Made by a program: the position numbers and the translations under genes
Shown: in pieces, positions 12,634-26,500 of the stretch
Position numbering within the stretch: position 1 is the first letter of the stretch
Layout: each line of letters opens with the position of its first letter
The notes under the pieces: model-generated
Database searches by the model: none
Told to the model about the DNA's origin: nothing
Seen by the model: the letters and a program-made list of their open reading frames with translations, nothing else
Assembly: GCA_964057225.1 (NCBI GenBank)
Contig: OZ059894.1
Coordinates: 2,418,001-2,482,000 of the forward strand
Source of the DNA: Auanema rhodensis
Lineage: Eukaryota; Animalia; Nematoda
Direction: 5' to 3'
DNA: 64,000 nucleotides

Positions 12634-15600
12634 TTGACAAAAATTTTTTCGAGAAATTTCAAAATAATTTAGCAAAAAGTAGATGTTTTTAGATTCCTTT
12701 TTTCAAGGCGAAGACGATGGACATTGTTATTCAACGAAAAAATTAATTCTTCAGGGTGAAAATCGAGGATATAAGTGTGAACTTATATCAGTTGATATCT
12801 CGGTGCATTTTTAAGCTAGCGCAAATCTGATAACACAGATCGACGCAGCTTAAAAATCTGCATCGAATGCACTATACTACATTGAGAAACGCTTAATACA
12901 AAAATTAGTTATGATCGTTTGAAAAATGATGCATTAGTGTATGTTGAGTTTCCATGTACACTCAACATTGCTTCCAAAAACATTTTGACAAAAATTTTTT
13001 CGAAAAATTTCGAAATAATTTAGCAAAAAGTAGATGTTTTTAGATTCCTTTTTTCAAGGCAAAGACGATGGACATTGTTATTCAACGAAAAAATCAATTC
13101 TTCAGGGTGAAAATCGAGGATCTAAGTGTGAACTTATATCAGTTGATATCTCGGTGCATTTTTAAGCTAGCGCAAATCTGATAACACAGATCGACGCAGC
13201 TTAAAAATCCGCATCGAATGCACTATACTACATTGAGAAACGCTCAATACAAAATGTAGTTATGATCGTTTGAAAAATGATGCATTAGTGTATGTTGAGT
13301 TTCCATGTACACTCAACATTGCTTCCAAAAACATTTTGACAAAAATTTTTTCGAAAAATTTCAAAATAATTTAGCAAGAAGTAGATGTTTTTAGATTCCT
13401 TTTTTCAAGGCAAAGACGATGGACAATGTTATTCAACGAAAAAATAATTTCTTCAGGGTGAAAATCGAGGATATAAGTGTGAACTTATATCAGTTGATAT
13501 CTCGGTGCATTTTTAAGCTAGCGCAAATCTGATAACACAGATCGACGCAGCTTAAAAATCCGCATCAAATGCACTATACTACATTGAGAAACGCTCAATA
13601 CAAAAATTAGTTATGATCGTTTGAAAAATGATGAATTAGTGTATGTTGAGTTTCCATGTACACTCAACATTGCTTCCAAAAACATTTTGACAAAAATTTT
13701 TTCGAGAAATTTCAAAATAATTTAGCAAAAAGTAGATGTTTTCAGATTCCTTTTTTCAAGGCAAAGACGATGGACATTGTTATTCAACGAAAAAATTAAT
13801 TCTTCACGGTGAAAATCGAGGATATAAGTGTGAACTTATATCAGTTGATATCTCGGTGCATTTTTAAGCTAGCGCAAATCTGATAACACAGATCGACGCA
13901 GCTTAAAAATCCGCATCAAATGCACTATACTACATTGAGAAACGCTCAATACAAAAATTAGTTATGATCGTTTGAAAAATGATGAATTAGTGTATGTTGA
14001 GTTTCCATGTACACTCAACATTGCTTCCAAAAACATTTTGACAAAAATTTTTTCGAGAAATTTCAAAATAATTTAGCAAAAAGTAGGTGTTTTTAGATTT
14101 CTTTGTTCAAGGCGAAGACGATGGACATTGTTATTCAACGAAAAAATTAATTCTTCAGGGTGAAAATCGAGGATATAAGTAAGAACATATATCAGTTGAT
14201 ATCTCGGTGCATTTTTAAGCTAGCGCAAATCTGATAACACAGACCGACGCAGCTTAAAAATCCGCATCGAATGCACTATTCTACATTGAGAAACGCTCAA
14301 TACAAAAATTTGTTATGATCGTTTGAAAAATGATGCATTAGTGTATGTTGAGTTTCCATGTACAATCAACATTGCTTCCAAAAACATTTTGACAAAAATT
14401 TTTTCGAAAAATTTCAAAATAATTTAGCAAAAAGTAGATGTTTTCAAATTTTTTTTTTCAAGGCAAAGACGATGGACAATGTTATTCAACGAAAAAATTA
14501 ATTCTTCAGGGTGAAAATCGAGGATATAAGTGTGAACTTATATCAGTTGATATCTCGGTGCATTTTTAAGCTAGCGCAAATCTGATAACACAGATCGACG
14601 CAGCTTAAAAATCCGCATCGAATGCACTATACTACATTGAAAAACGCTTAATAAAAAAATTAGTTATGATGGTTTGAAAAATGATGCATTAGTGTATATT
14701 GAGTTTCCATGTACACTCAACATTGCTTCCAAAAACATTTTGACAAAAATTTTTTCGAAAAATTTCAGAATAATTTAGCAAAAAGTAGATGTTTTTAGAT
14801 TCCTTTTTTCAAGGCAAAGACGATGGACATTGTTATTCAACGAAAAAATTAATTCTTCAGGGTGAAAATCGAGGATATAAGTAAGAACATATATCAGTTG
14901 ATATCTCGGTGCATTTTTAAGCTAGCGCAAATCTGATAACACAGATCGACGCAGCTTAAAAATCCGCATCAAATGCACTATACTACATTGAGAAACGTTC
15001 AATACAAAAATTAGTTATGATCGTTTGAAAAATGATGAATTAGTGTATGTTGAGTTTCCATGTACACTCAACATTGCTTCCAAAAACATTTTGACAAAAA
15101 TTTTTTCGAGAAATTTCAAAATAATTTAGCAAAAAGTAGATGTTTTTAGATTCCTTTTTTCAAGGCGAAGACGATGGACATTGTTATTCAACGAAAAAAT
15201 TAATTCTTCAGGGTGAAAATCGAGGATATAAGTGTGAACTTATATCAGTTGATATCTCGGTGCATTTTTAAGCTAGCGCAAATCTGATAACACAGATCGA
15301 CGCAGCTTAAAAATCTGCATCGAATGCACTATACTACATTGAGAAACGCTTAATACAAAAATTAGTTATGATCGTTTGAAAAATGATGCATTAGTGTATG
15401 TTGAGTTTCCATGTACACTCAACATTGCTTCCAAAAACATTTTGACAAAAATTTTTTCGAAAAATTTCGAAATAATTTAGCAAAAAGTAGATGTTTTTAG
15501 ATTCCTTTTTTCAAGGCAAAGACGATGGACATTGTTATTCAACGAAAAAATCAATTCTTCAGGGTGAAAATCGAGGATCTAAGTGTGAACTTATATCAGT

Positions 15601-17547
15601 TGATATCTCGGTGCATTTTTAAGCTAGCGCAAATCTGATAACACAGATCGACGCAGCTTAAAAATCCGCATCGAATGCACTATACTACATTGAGAAACGC
15701 TCAATACAAAATGTAGTTATGATCGTTTGAAAAATGATGCATTAGTGTATGTTGAGTTTCCATGTACACTCAACATTGCTTCCAAAAACATTTTGACAAA
15801 AATTTTTTCGAAAAATTTCAAAATAATTTAGCAAGAAGTAGATGTTTTTAGATTCCTTTTTTCAAGGCAAAGACGATGGACAATGTTATTCAACGAAAAA
15901 ATAATTTCTTCAGGGTGAAAATCGAGGATATAAGTGTGAACTTATATCAGTTGATATCTCGGTGCATTTTTAAGCTAGCGCAAATCTGATAACACAGATC
16001 GACGCAGCTTAAAAATCCGCATCAAATGCACTATACTACATTGAGAAACGCTCAATACAAAAATTAGTTATGATCGTTTGAAAAATGATGAATTAGTGTA
16101 TGTTGAGTTTCCATGTACACTCAACATTGCTTCCAAAAACATTTTGACAAAAATTTTTTCGAGAAATTTCAAAATAATTTAGCAAAAAGTAGATGTTTTC
16201 AGATTCCTTTTTTCAAGGCAAAGACGATGGACATTGTTATTCAACGAAAAAATTAATTCTTCACGGTGAAAATCGAGGATATAAGTGTGAACTTATATCA
16301 GTTGATATCTCGGTGCATTTTTAAGCTAGCGCAAATCTGATAACACAGATCGACGCAGCTTAAAAATCCGCATCAAATGCACTATACTACATTGAGAAAC
16401 GCTCAATACAAAAATTAGTTATGATCGTTTGAAAAATGATGAATTAGTGTATGTTGAGTTTCCATGTACACTCAACATTGCTTCCAAAAACATTTTGACA
16501 AAAATTTTTTCGAGAAATTTCAAAATAATTTAGCAAAAAGTAGGTGTTTTTAGATTTCTTTGTTCAAGGCGAAGACGATGGACATTGTTATTCAACGAAA
16601 AAATTAATTCTTCAGGGTGAAAATCGAGGATATAAGTAAGAACATATATCAGTTGATATCTCGGTGCATTTTTAAGCTAGCGCAAATCTGATAACACAGA
16701 CCGACGCAGCTTAAAAATCCGCATCGAATGCACTATTCTACATTGAGAAACGCTCAATACAAAAATTTGTTATGATCGTTTGAAAAATGATGCATTAGTG
16801 TATGTTGAGTTTCCATGTACAATCAACATTGCTTCCAAAAACATTTTGACAAAAATTTTTTCGAAAAATTTCAAAATAATTTAGCAAAAAGTAGATGTTT
16901 TCAAATTTTTTTTTTCAAGGCAAAGACGATGGACAATGTTATTCAACGAAAAAATTAATTCTTCAGGGTGAAAATCGAGGATATAAGTGTGAACTTATAT
17001 CAGTTGATATCTCGGTGCATTTTTAAGCTAGCGCAAATCTGATAACACAGATCGACGCAGCTTAAAAATCCGCATCGAATGCACTATACTACATTGAAAA
17101 ACGCTTAATAAAAAAATTAGTTATGATGGTTTGAAAAATGATGCATTAGTGTATATTGAGTTTCCATGTACACTCAACATTGCTTCCAAAAACATTTTGA
17201 CAAAAATTTTTTCGAAAAATTTCAGAATAATTTAGCAAAAAGTAGATGTTTTTAGATTCCTTTTTTCAAGGCAAAGACGATGGACATTGTTATTCAACGA
17301 AAAAATTAATTCTTCAGGGTGAAAATCGAGGATATAAGTAAGAACATATATCAGTTGATATCTCGGTGCATTTTTAAGCTAGCGCAAATCTGATAACACA
17401 GATCGACGCAGCTTAAAAATCCGCATCAAATGCACTATACTACATTGAGAAACGTTCAATACAAAAATTAGTTATGATCGTTTGAAAAATGATGAATTAG
17501 TGTATGTTGAGTTTCCATGTACACTCAACATTGCTTCCAAAAACATT
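12634..17547. repeat. 7-monomer higher-order duplication (period 2457 bp), with further partial copies at ~23164-26670
   Basis: AAATCTGCAT, GATCTAAG, CAAGAAG, CACGG, AAATTTGTT and TTTTCAAATT variants recur in the same order 2457 bp apart. Confidence 0.85.
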
Positions 17548-20500
17548 TTGACAAAAATTTTTTCGAGAAATTTCAAAATAATTTAGCAAAAAGTAGATGT
17601 TTTTAGATTCCTTTTTTCAAGGCGAAGACGATGGACATTGTTATTCAACGAAAAAATTAATTCTTCAGGGTGAAAATCGAGGATATAAGTGTGAACTTAT
17701 ATCAGTTGATATCTCGGTGCATTTTTAAGCTAGCGCAAATCTGATAACACAGATCGACGCAGCTTAAAAATCCGCATCGAATGCACTATACTACATTGAA
17801 AAACGCTTAATAAAAAAATTAGTTATGATGGTTTGAAAAATGATGCATTAGTGTATATTGAGTTTCCATGTACACTCAACATTGCTTCCAAAAACATTTT
17901 GACAAAAATTTTTTCGAAAAATTTCAGAATAATTTAGCAAAAAGTAGATGTTTTTAGATTCCTTTTTTCAAGGCAAAGACGATGGACATTGTTATTCAAC
18001 GAAAAAATTAATTCTTCAGGGTGAAAATCGAGGATATAAGTAAGAACATATATCAGTTGATATCTCGGTGCATTTTTAAGCTAGCTCAAATCTGATAACA
18101 CAGATCGACGCAGCTTAAAAATCCGCATCAAATGCACTATACTACATTGAGAAACGTTCAATACAAAAATTAGTTATGATCGTTTGAAAAATGATGAATT
18201 AGTGTATGTTGAGTTTCCATGTACACTCAACATTGCTTCCAAAAACATTTTGACAAAAATTTTTTCGAGAAATTTCAAAATAATTTAGCAAAAAGTAGAT
18301 GTTTTTAGATTCCTTTTTTCAAGGCGAAGACGATGGACATTGTTATTCAACGAAAAAATTAATTCTTCAGGGTGAAAATCGAGGATATAAGTGTGAACTT
18401 ATATCAGTTGATATCTCGGTGCATTTTTAAGCTAGCGCAAATCTGATAACACAGATCGACGCAGCTTAAAAATCTGCATCGAATGCACTATACTACATTG
18501 AGAAACGCTTAATACAAAAATTAGTTATGATCGTTTGAAAAATGATGCATTAGTGTATGTTGAGTTTCCATGTACAATCAACATTGCTTCCAAAAACATT
18601 TTGACAAAAATTTTTTCGAAAAATTTCAAAATAATTTAGCAAAAAGTAGATGTTTTCAGATTTTTTTTTTCAAGGCAAAGACGATGGACAATGTTATTCA
18701 ACGAAAAAATTAATTCTTCAGGGTGAAAATCGAGGATATAAGTGTGAACTTATATCAGTTGATATCTCGGTGCATTTTTAAGCTAGCGCAAATCTGATAA
18801 CACAGATCGACGCAGCTTAAAAATCCGCATCGAATGCACTATACTACATTGAAAAACGCTTAATAAAAAAATTAGTTATGATGGTTTGAAAAATGATGCA
18901 TTAGTGTATATTGAGTTTCCATGTACACTCAACATTGCTTCCAAAAACATTTTGACAAAAATTTTTTCGAAAAATTTCAAAATAATTTAGCAAAAAGTAG
19001 ATGTTTTCAGATTTTTTTTTTCAAGGCAAAGACGATGGACAATGTTATTCAACGAAAAAATTAATTCTTCAGGGTGAAAATCGAGGATATAAGTGTGAAC
19101 TTATATCAGTTGATATCTCGGTGCATTTTTAAGCTAGCGCAAATCTGATAACACAGATCGACGCAGCTTAAAAATCCGCATCAAATGCACTATACTACAT
19201 TGAGAAACGTTCAATACAAAAATTAGTTATGATCGTTTGAAAAATGATGAATTAGTGTATGTTGAGTTTCCATGTACACTCAACATTGCTTCCAAAAACA
19301 TTTTGACAAAAATTTTTTCGAAAAATTTCAGAATAATTTAGCAAAAAGTAGATGTTTTTAGATTCCTTTTTTCAAGGCAAAGACGATGGACATTGTTATT
19401 CAACGAAAAAATTAATTCTTCAGGGTGAAAATCGAGGATATAAGTAAGAACATCTATCAGTTGATATCTCGGTGCATTTTTAAGCTAGCGCAAATCTGAT
19501 AACACAGATCGACGCAGCTTAAAAATCCGCATCAAATGCACTATACTACATTGAGAAACGTTCAATACAAAAATTAGTTATGATCGTTTGAAAAATGATG
19601 AATTAGTGTATGTTGAGTTTCCATGTACACTCAACATTGCTTCCAAAAACATTTTGACAAAAATTTTTTCGAGAAATTTCAAAATAATTTAGCAAAAAGT
19701 AGATGTTTTTAGATTCCTTTTTTCAAGGCGAAGACGATGGACATTGTTATTCAACGAAAAAATTAATTCTTCAGGGTGAAAATCGAGGATATAAGTAAGA
19801 ACATCTATCAGTTGATATCTCGGTGCATTTTTAAGCTAGCGCAAATCTGATAACACAGATCGACGCAGCTTAAAAATCCGCATCAAATGCACTATACTAC
19901 ATTGAGAAACGCTCAATACAAAAATTAGTTATGATCGTTTGAAAAATGATGAATTAGTGTATGTTGAGTTTCCATGTACACTCAACATTGCTTCCAAAAA
20001 CATTTTGACAAAAATTTTTTCGAGAAATTTCAAAATAATTTAGCAAAAAGTAGGTGTTTTTAGATTTCTTTGTTCAAGGCGAAGACGATGGACATTGTTA
20101 TTCAACGAAAAAATTAATTCTTCAGGGTGAAAATCGAGGATATAAGTGTGAACATATATCAGTTGATATCTCGGTGCATTTTTAAGCTAGCGCAAATCTG
20201 ATAACACAGATCGACGCAGCTTAAAAATCCGCATCGAATGCACTATACTACATTGAGAAACGCTTAATACAAAAATTAGTTATGATCGTTTGAAAAATGA
20301 TGCATTAGTGTATGTTGAGTTTCCATGTACACTCAACATTGCTTCCAAAAACATTTTGACAAAAATTTTTTCGAAAAATTTCAAAATAATTTAGCAAAAA
20401 GTAGATGTTTTCAGATTTTTTTTTTCAAGGCAAAGACGATGGACAATGTTATTCAACGAAAAAATTAATTCTTCAGGGTGAAAATCGAGGATATAAGTGT

Positions 20501-23500
20501 GAACTTATATCAGTTGATATCTCGGTGCATTTTTAAGCTAGCGCAAATCTGATAACACAGATCGACGCAGCTTAAAAATCCGCATCGAATGCACTATACT
20601 ACATTGAGAAACGTTCAATACAAAAATTAGTTATGATCGTTTGAAAAATGATGAATTAGTGTATGTTGAGTTTCCATGTACACTCAACATTGCTTCCAAA
20701 AACATTTTGACAAAAATTTTTTCGAAAAATTTCAGAATAATTTAGCAAAAAGTAGATGTTTTCAGATTTTTTTTTTCAAGGCAAAGACGATGGACAATGT
20801 TATTCAACGAAAAAATTAATTCTTCAGGGTGAAAATCGAGGATATAAGTGTGAACTTATATCAGTTGATATCTCGGTGCATTTTTAAGCTAGCGCAAATC
20901 TGATAACACAGATCGACGCAGCTTAAAAATCCGCATCGAATGCACTATACTACATTGAAAAACGCTTAATAAAAAAATTAGTTATGATGGTTTGAAAAAT
21001 GATGCATTAGTGTATATTGAGTTTCCATGTACACTCAACATTGCTTCCAAAAACATTTTGACAAAAATTTTTTCGAAAAATTTCAAAATAATTTAGCAAA
21101 AAGTAGATGTTTTCAGATTTTTTTTTTCAAGGCAAAGACGATGGACAATGTTATTCAACGAAAAAATTAATTCTTCAGGGTGAAAATCGAGGATATAAGT
21201 GTGAACTTATATCAGTTGATATCTCGGTGCATTTTTAAGCTAGCGCAAATCTGATAACACAGATCGACGCAGCTTAAAAATCCGCATCAAATGCACTATA
21301 CTACATTGAGAAACGTTCAATACAAAAATTAGTTATGATCGTTTGAAAAATGATGAATTAGTGTATGTTGAGTTTCCATGTACACTCAACATTGCTTCCA
21401 AAAACATTTTGACAAAAATTTTTTCGAAAAATTTCAGAATAATTTAGCAAAAAGTAGATGTTTTTAGATTCCTTTTTTCAAGGCAAAGACGATGGACATT
21501 GTTATTCAACGAAAAAATTAATTCTTCAGGGTGAAAATCGAGGATATAAGTAAGAACATCTATCAGTTGATATCTCGGTGCATTTTTAAGCTAGCGCAAA
21601 TCTGATAACACAGATCGACGCAGCTTAAAAATCCGCATCAAATGCACTATACTACATTGAGAAACGTTCAATACAAAAATTAGTTATGATCGTTTGAAAA
21701 ATGATGAATTAGTGTATGTTGAGTTTCCATGTACACTCAACATTGCTTCCAAAAACATTTTGACAAAAATTTTTTCGAGAAATTTCAAAATAATTTAGCA
21801 AAAAGTAGATGTTTTTAGATTCCTTTTTTCAAGGCGAAGACGATGGACATTGTTATTCAACGAAAAAATTAATTCTTCAGGGTGAAAATCGAGGATATAA
21901 GTAAGAACATCTATCAGTTGATATCTCGGTGCATTTTTAAGCTAGCGCAAATCTGATAACACAGATCGACGCAGCTTAAAAATCCGCATCAAATGCACTA
22001 TACTACATTGAGAAACGCTCAATACAAAAATTAGTTATGATCGTTTGAAAAATGATGAATTAGTGTATGTTGAGTTTCCATGTACACTCAACATTGCTTC
22101 CAAAAACATTTTGACAAAAATTTTTTCGAGAAATTTCAAAATAATTTAGCAAAAAGTAGGTGTTTTTAGATTTCTTTGTTCAAGGCGAAGACGATGGACA
22201 TTGTTATTCAACGAAAAAATTAATTCTTCAGGGTGAAAATCGAGGATATAAGTGTGAACATATATCAGTTGATATCTCGGTGCATTTTTAAGCTAGCGCA
22301 AATCTGATAACACAGATCGACGCAGCTTAAAAATCCGCATCGAATGCACTATACTACATTGAGAAACGCTTAATACAAAAATTAGTTATGATCGTTTGAA
22401 AAATGATGCATTAGTGTATGTTGAGTTTCCATGTACACTCAACATTGCTTCCAAAAACATTTTGACAAAAATTTTTTCGAAAAATTTCAAAATAATTTAG
22501 CAAAAAGTAGATGTTTTCAGATTTTTTTTTTCAAGGCAAAGACGATGGACAATGTTATTCAACGAAAAAATTAATTCTTCAGGGTGAAAATCGAGGATAT
22601 AAGTGTGAACTTATATCAGTTGATATCTCGGTGCATTTTTAAGCTAGCGCAAATCTGATAACACAGATCGACGCAGCTTAAAAATCCGCATCGAATGCAC
22701 TATACTACATTGAAAAACGCTTAATAAAAAAATTAGTTATGATGGTTTGAAAAATGATGCATTAGTGTATATTGAGTTTCCATGTACACTCAACATTGCT
22801 TCCAAAAACATTTTGACAAAAATTTTTTCGAAAAATTTCAGAATAATTTAGCAAAAAGTAGATGTTTTTAGATTCCTTTTTTCAAGGCAAAGACGATGGA
22901 CATTGTTATTCAACGAAAAAATTAATTCTTCAGGGTGAAAATCGAGGATATAAGTAAGAACATCTATCAGTTGATATCTCGGTGCATTTTTAAGCTAGCG
23001 CAAATCTGATAACACAGATCGACGCAGCTTAAAAATCCGCATCAAATGCACTATACTACATTGAGAAACGTTCAATACAAAAATTAGTTATGATCGTTTG
23101 AAAAATGATGAATTAGTGTATGTTGAGTTTCCATGTACACTCAACATTGCTTCCAAAAACATTTTGACAAAAATTTTTTCGAGAAATTTCAAAATAATTT
23201 AGCAAAAAGTAGATGTTTTTAGATTCCTTTTTTCAAGGCGAAGACGATGGACATTGTTATTCAACGAAAAAATTAATTCTTCAGGGTGAAAATCGAGGAT
23301 ATAAGTGTGAACTTATATCAGTTGATATCTCGGTGCATTTTTAAGCTAGCGCAAATCTGATAACACAGATCGACGCAGCTTAAAAATCTGCATCGAATGC
23401 ACTATACTACATTGAGAAACGCTTAATACAAAAATTAGTTATGATCGTTTGAAAAATGATGCATTAGTGTATGTTGAGTTTCCATGTACACTCAACATTG

Positions 23501-26500
23501 CTTCCAAAAACATTTTGACAAAAATTTTTTCGAAAAATTTCGAAATAATTTAGCAAAAAGTAGATGTTTTTAGATTCCTTTTTTCAAGGCAAAGACGATG
23601 GACATTGTTATTCAACGAAAAAATCAATTCTTCAGGGTGAAAATCGAGGATCTAAGTGTGAACTTATATCAGTTGATATCTCGGTGCATTTTTAAGCTAG
23701 CGCAAATCTGATAACACAGATCGACGCAGCTTAAAAATCCGCATCGAATGCACTACACTACATTGAGAAACGCTCAATACAAAATGTAGTTATGATCGTT
23801 TGAAAAATGATGCATTAGTGTATGTTGAGTTTCCATGTACACTCAACATTGCTTCCAAAAACATTTTGACAAAAATTTTTTCGAAAAATTTCAAAATAAT
23901 TTAGCAAGAAGTAGATGTTTTTAGATTCCTTTTTTCAAGGCAAAGACGATGGACAATGTTATTCAACGAAAAAATAATTTCTTCAGGGTGAAAATCGAGG
24001 ATATAAGTGTGAACTTATATCAGTTGATATCTCGGTGCATTTTTAAGCTAGCGCAAATCTGATAACACAGATCGACGCAGCTTAAAAATCCGCATCAAAT
24101 GCACTATACTACATTGAGAAACGCTCAATACAAAAATTAGTTATGATCGTTTGAAAAATGATGAATTAGTGTATGTTGAGTTTCCATGTACACTCAACAT
24201 TGCTTCCAAAAACATTTTGACAAAAATTTTTTCGAGAAATTTCAAAATAATTTAGCAAAAAGTAGATGTTTTCAGATTCCTTTTTTCAAGGCAAAGACGA
24301 TGGACATTGTTATTCAACGAAAAAATTAATTCTTCACGGTGAAAATCGAGGATATAAGTGTGAACTTATATCAGTTGATATCTCGGTGCATTTTTAAGCT
24401 AGCGCAAATCTGATAACACAGATCGACGCAGCTTAAAAATCCGCATCAAATGCACTATACTACATTGAGAAACGCTCAATACAAAAATTAGTTATGATCG
24501 TTTGAAAAATGATGAATTAGTGTATGTTGAGTTTCCATGTACACTCAACATTGCTTCCAAAAACATTTTGACAAAAATTTTTTCGAGAAATTTCAAAATA
24601 ATTTAGCAAAAAGTAGGTGTTTTTAGATTTCTTTGTTCAAGGCGAAGACGATGGACATTGTTATTCAACGAAAAAATTAATTCTTCAGGGTGAAAATCGA
24701 GGATATAAGTAAGAACATATATCAGTTGATATCTCGGTGCATTTTTAAGCTAGCGCAAATCTGATAACACAGACCGACGCAGCTTAAAAATCCGCATCGA
24801 ATGCACTATTCTACATTGAGAAACGCTCAATACAAAAATTAGTTATGATCGTTTGAAAAATGATGCATTAGTGTATGTTGAGTTTCCATGTACAATCAAC
24901 ATTGCTTCCAAAAACATTTTGACAAAAATTTTTTCGAAAAATTTCAAAATAATTTAGCAAAAAGTAGATGTTTTCAAATTTTTTTTTTCAAGGCAAAGAC
25001 GATGGACAATGTTATTCAACGAAAAAATTAATTCTTCAGGGTGAAAATCGAGGATATAAGTGTGAACTTATATCAGTTGATATCTCGGTGCATTTTTAAG
25101 CTAGCGCAAATCTGATAACACAGATCGACGCAGCTTAAAAATCTGCATCGAATGCACTATACTACATTGAGAAACGCTTAATACAAAAATTAGTTATGAT
25201 CGTTTGAAAAATGATGCATTAGTGTATGTTGAGTTTCCATGTACACTCAACATTGCTTCCAAAAACATTTTGACAAAAATTTTTTCGAAAAATTTCGAAA
25301 TAATTTAGCAAAAAGTAGATGTTTTTAGATTCCTTTTTTCAAGGCAAAGACGATGGACATTGTTATTCAACGAAAAAATCAATTCTTCAGGGTGAAAATC
25401 GAGGATCTAAGTGTGAACTTATATCAGTTGATATCTCGGTGCATTTTTAAGCTAGCGCAAATCTGATAACACAGATCGACGCAGCTTAAAAATCCGCATC
25501 GAATGCACTATACTACATTGAGAAACGCTCAATACAAAATGTAGTTATGATCGTTTGAAAAATGATGCATTAGTGTATGTTGAGTTTCCATGTACACTCA
25601 ACATTGCTTCCAAAAACATTTTGACAAAAATTTTTTCGAAAAATTTCAAAATAATTTAGCAAGAAGTAGATGTTTTTAGATTCCTTTTTTCAAGGCAAAG
25701 ACGATGGACAATGTTATTCAACGAAAAAATAATTTCTTCAGGGTGAAAATCGAGGATATAAGTGTGAACTTATATCAGTTGATATCTCGGTGCATTTTTA
25801 AGCTAGCGCAAATCTGATAACACAGATCGACGCAGCTTAAAAATCCGCATCAAATGCACTATACTACATTGAGAAACGCTCAATACAAAAATTAGTTATG
25901 ATCGTTTGAAAAATGATGAATTAGTGTATGTTGAGTTTCCATGTACACTCAACATTGCTTCCAAAAACATTTTGACAAAAATTTTTTCGAGAAATTTCAA
26001 AATAATTTAGCAAAAAGTAGATGTTTTCAGATTCCTTTTTTCAAGGCAAAGACGATGGACATTGTTATTCAACGAAAAAATTAATTCTTCACGGTGAAAA
26101 TCGAGGATATAAGTGTGAACTTATATCAGTTGATATCTCGGTGCATTTTTAAGCTAGCGCAAATCTGATAACACAGATCGACGCAGCTTAAAAATCCGCA
26201 TCAAATGCACTATACTACATTGAGAAACGCTCAATACAAAAATTAGTTATGATCGTTTGAAAAATGATGAATTAGTGTATGTTGAGTTTCCATGTACACT
26301 CAACATTGCTTCCAAAAACATTTTGACAAAAATTTTTTCGAGAAATTTCAAAATAATTTAGCAAAAAGTAGGTGTTTTTAGATTTCTTTGTTCAAGGCGA
26401 AGACGATGGACATTGTTATTCAACGAAAAAATTAATTCTTCAGGGTGAAAATCGAGGATATAAGTGTGAACATATATCAGTTGATATCTCGGTGCATTTT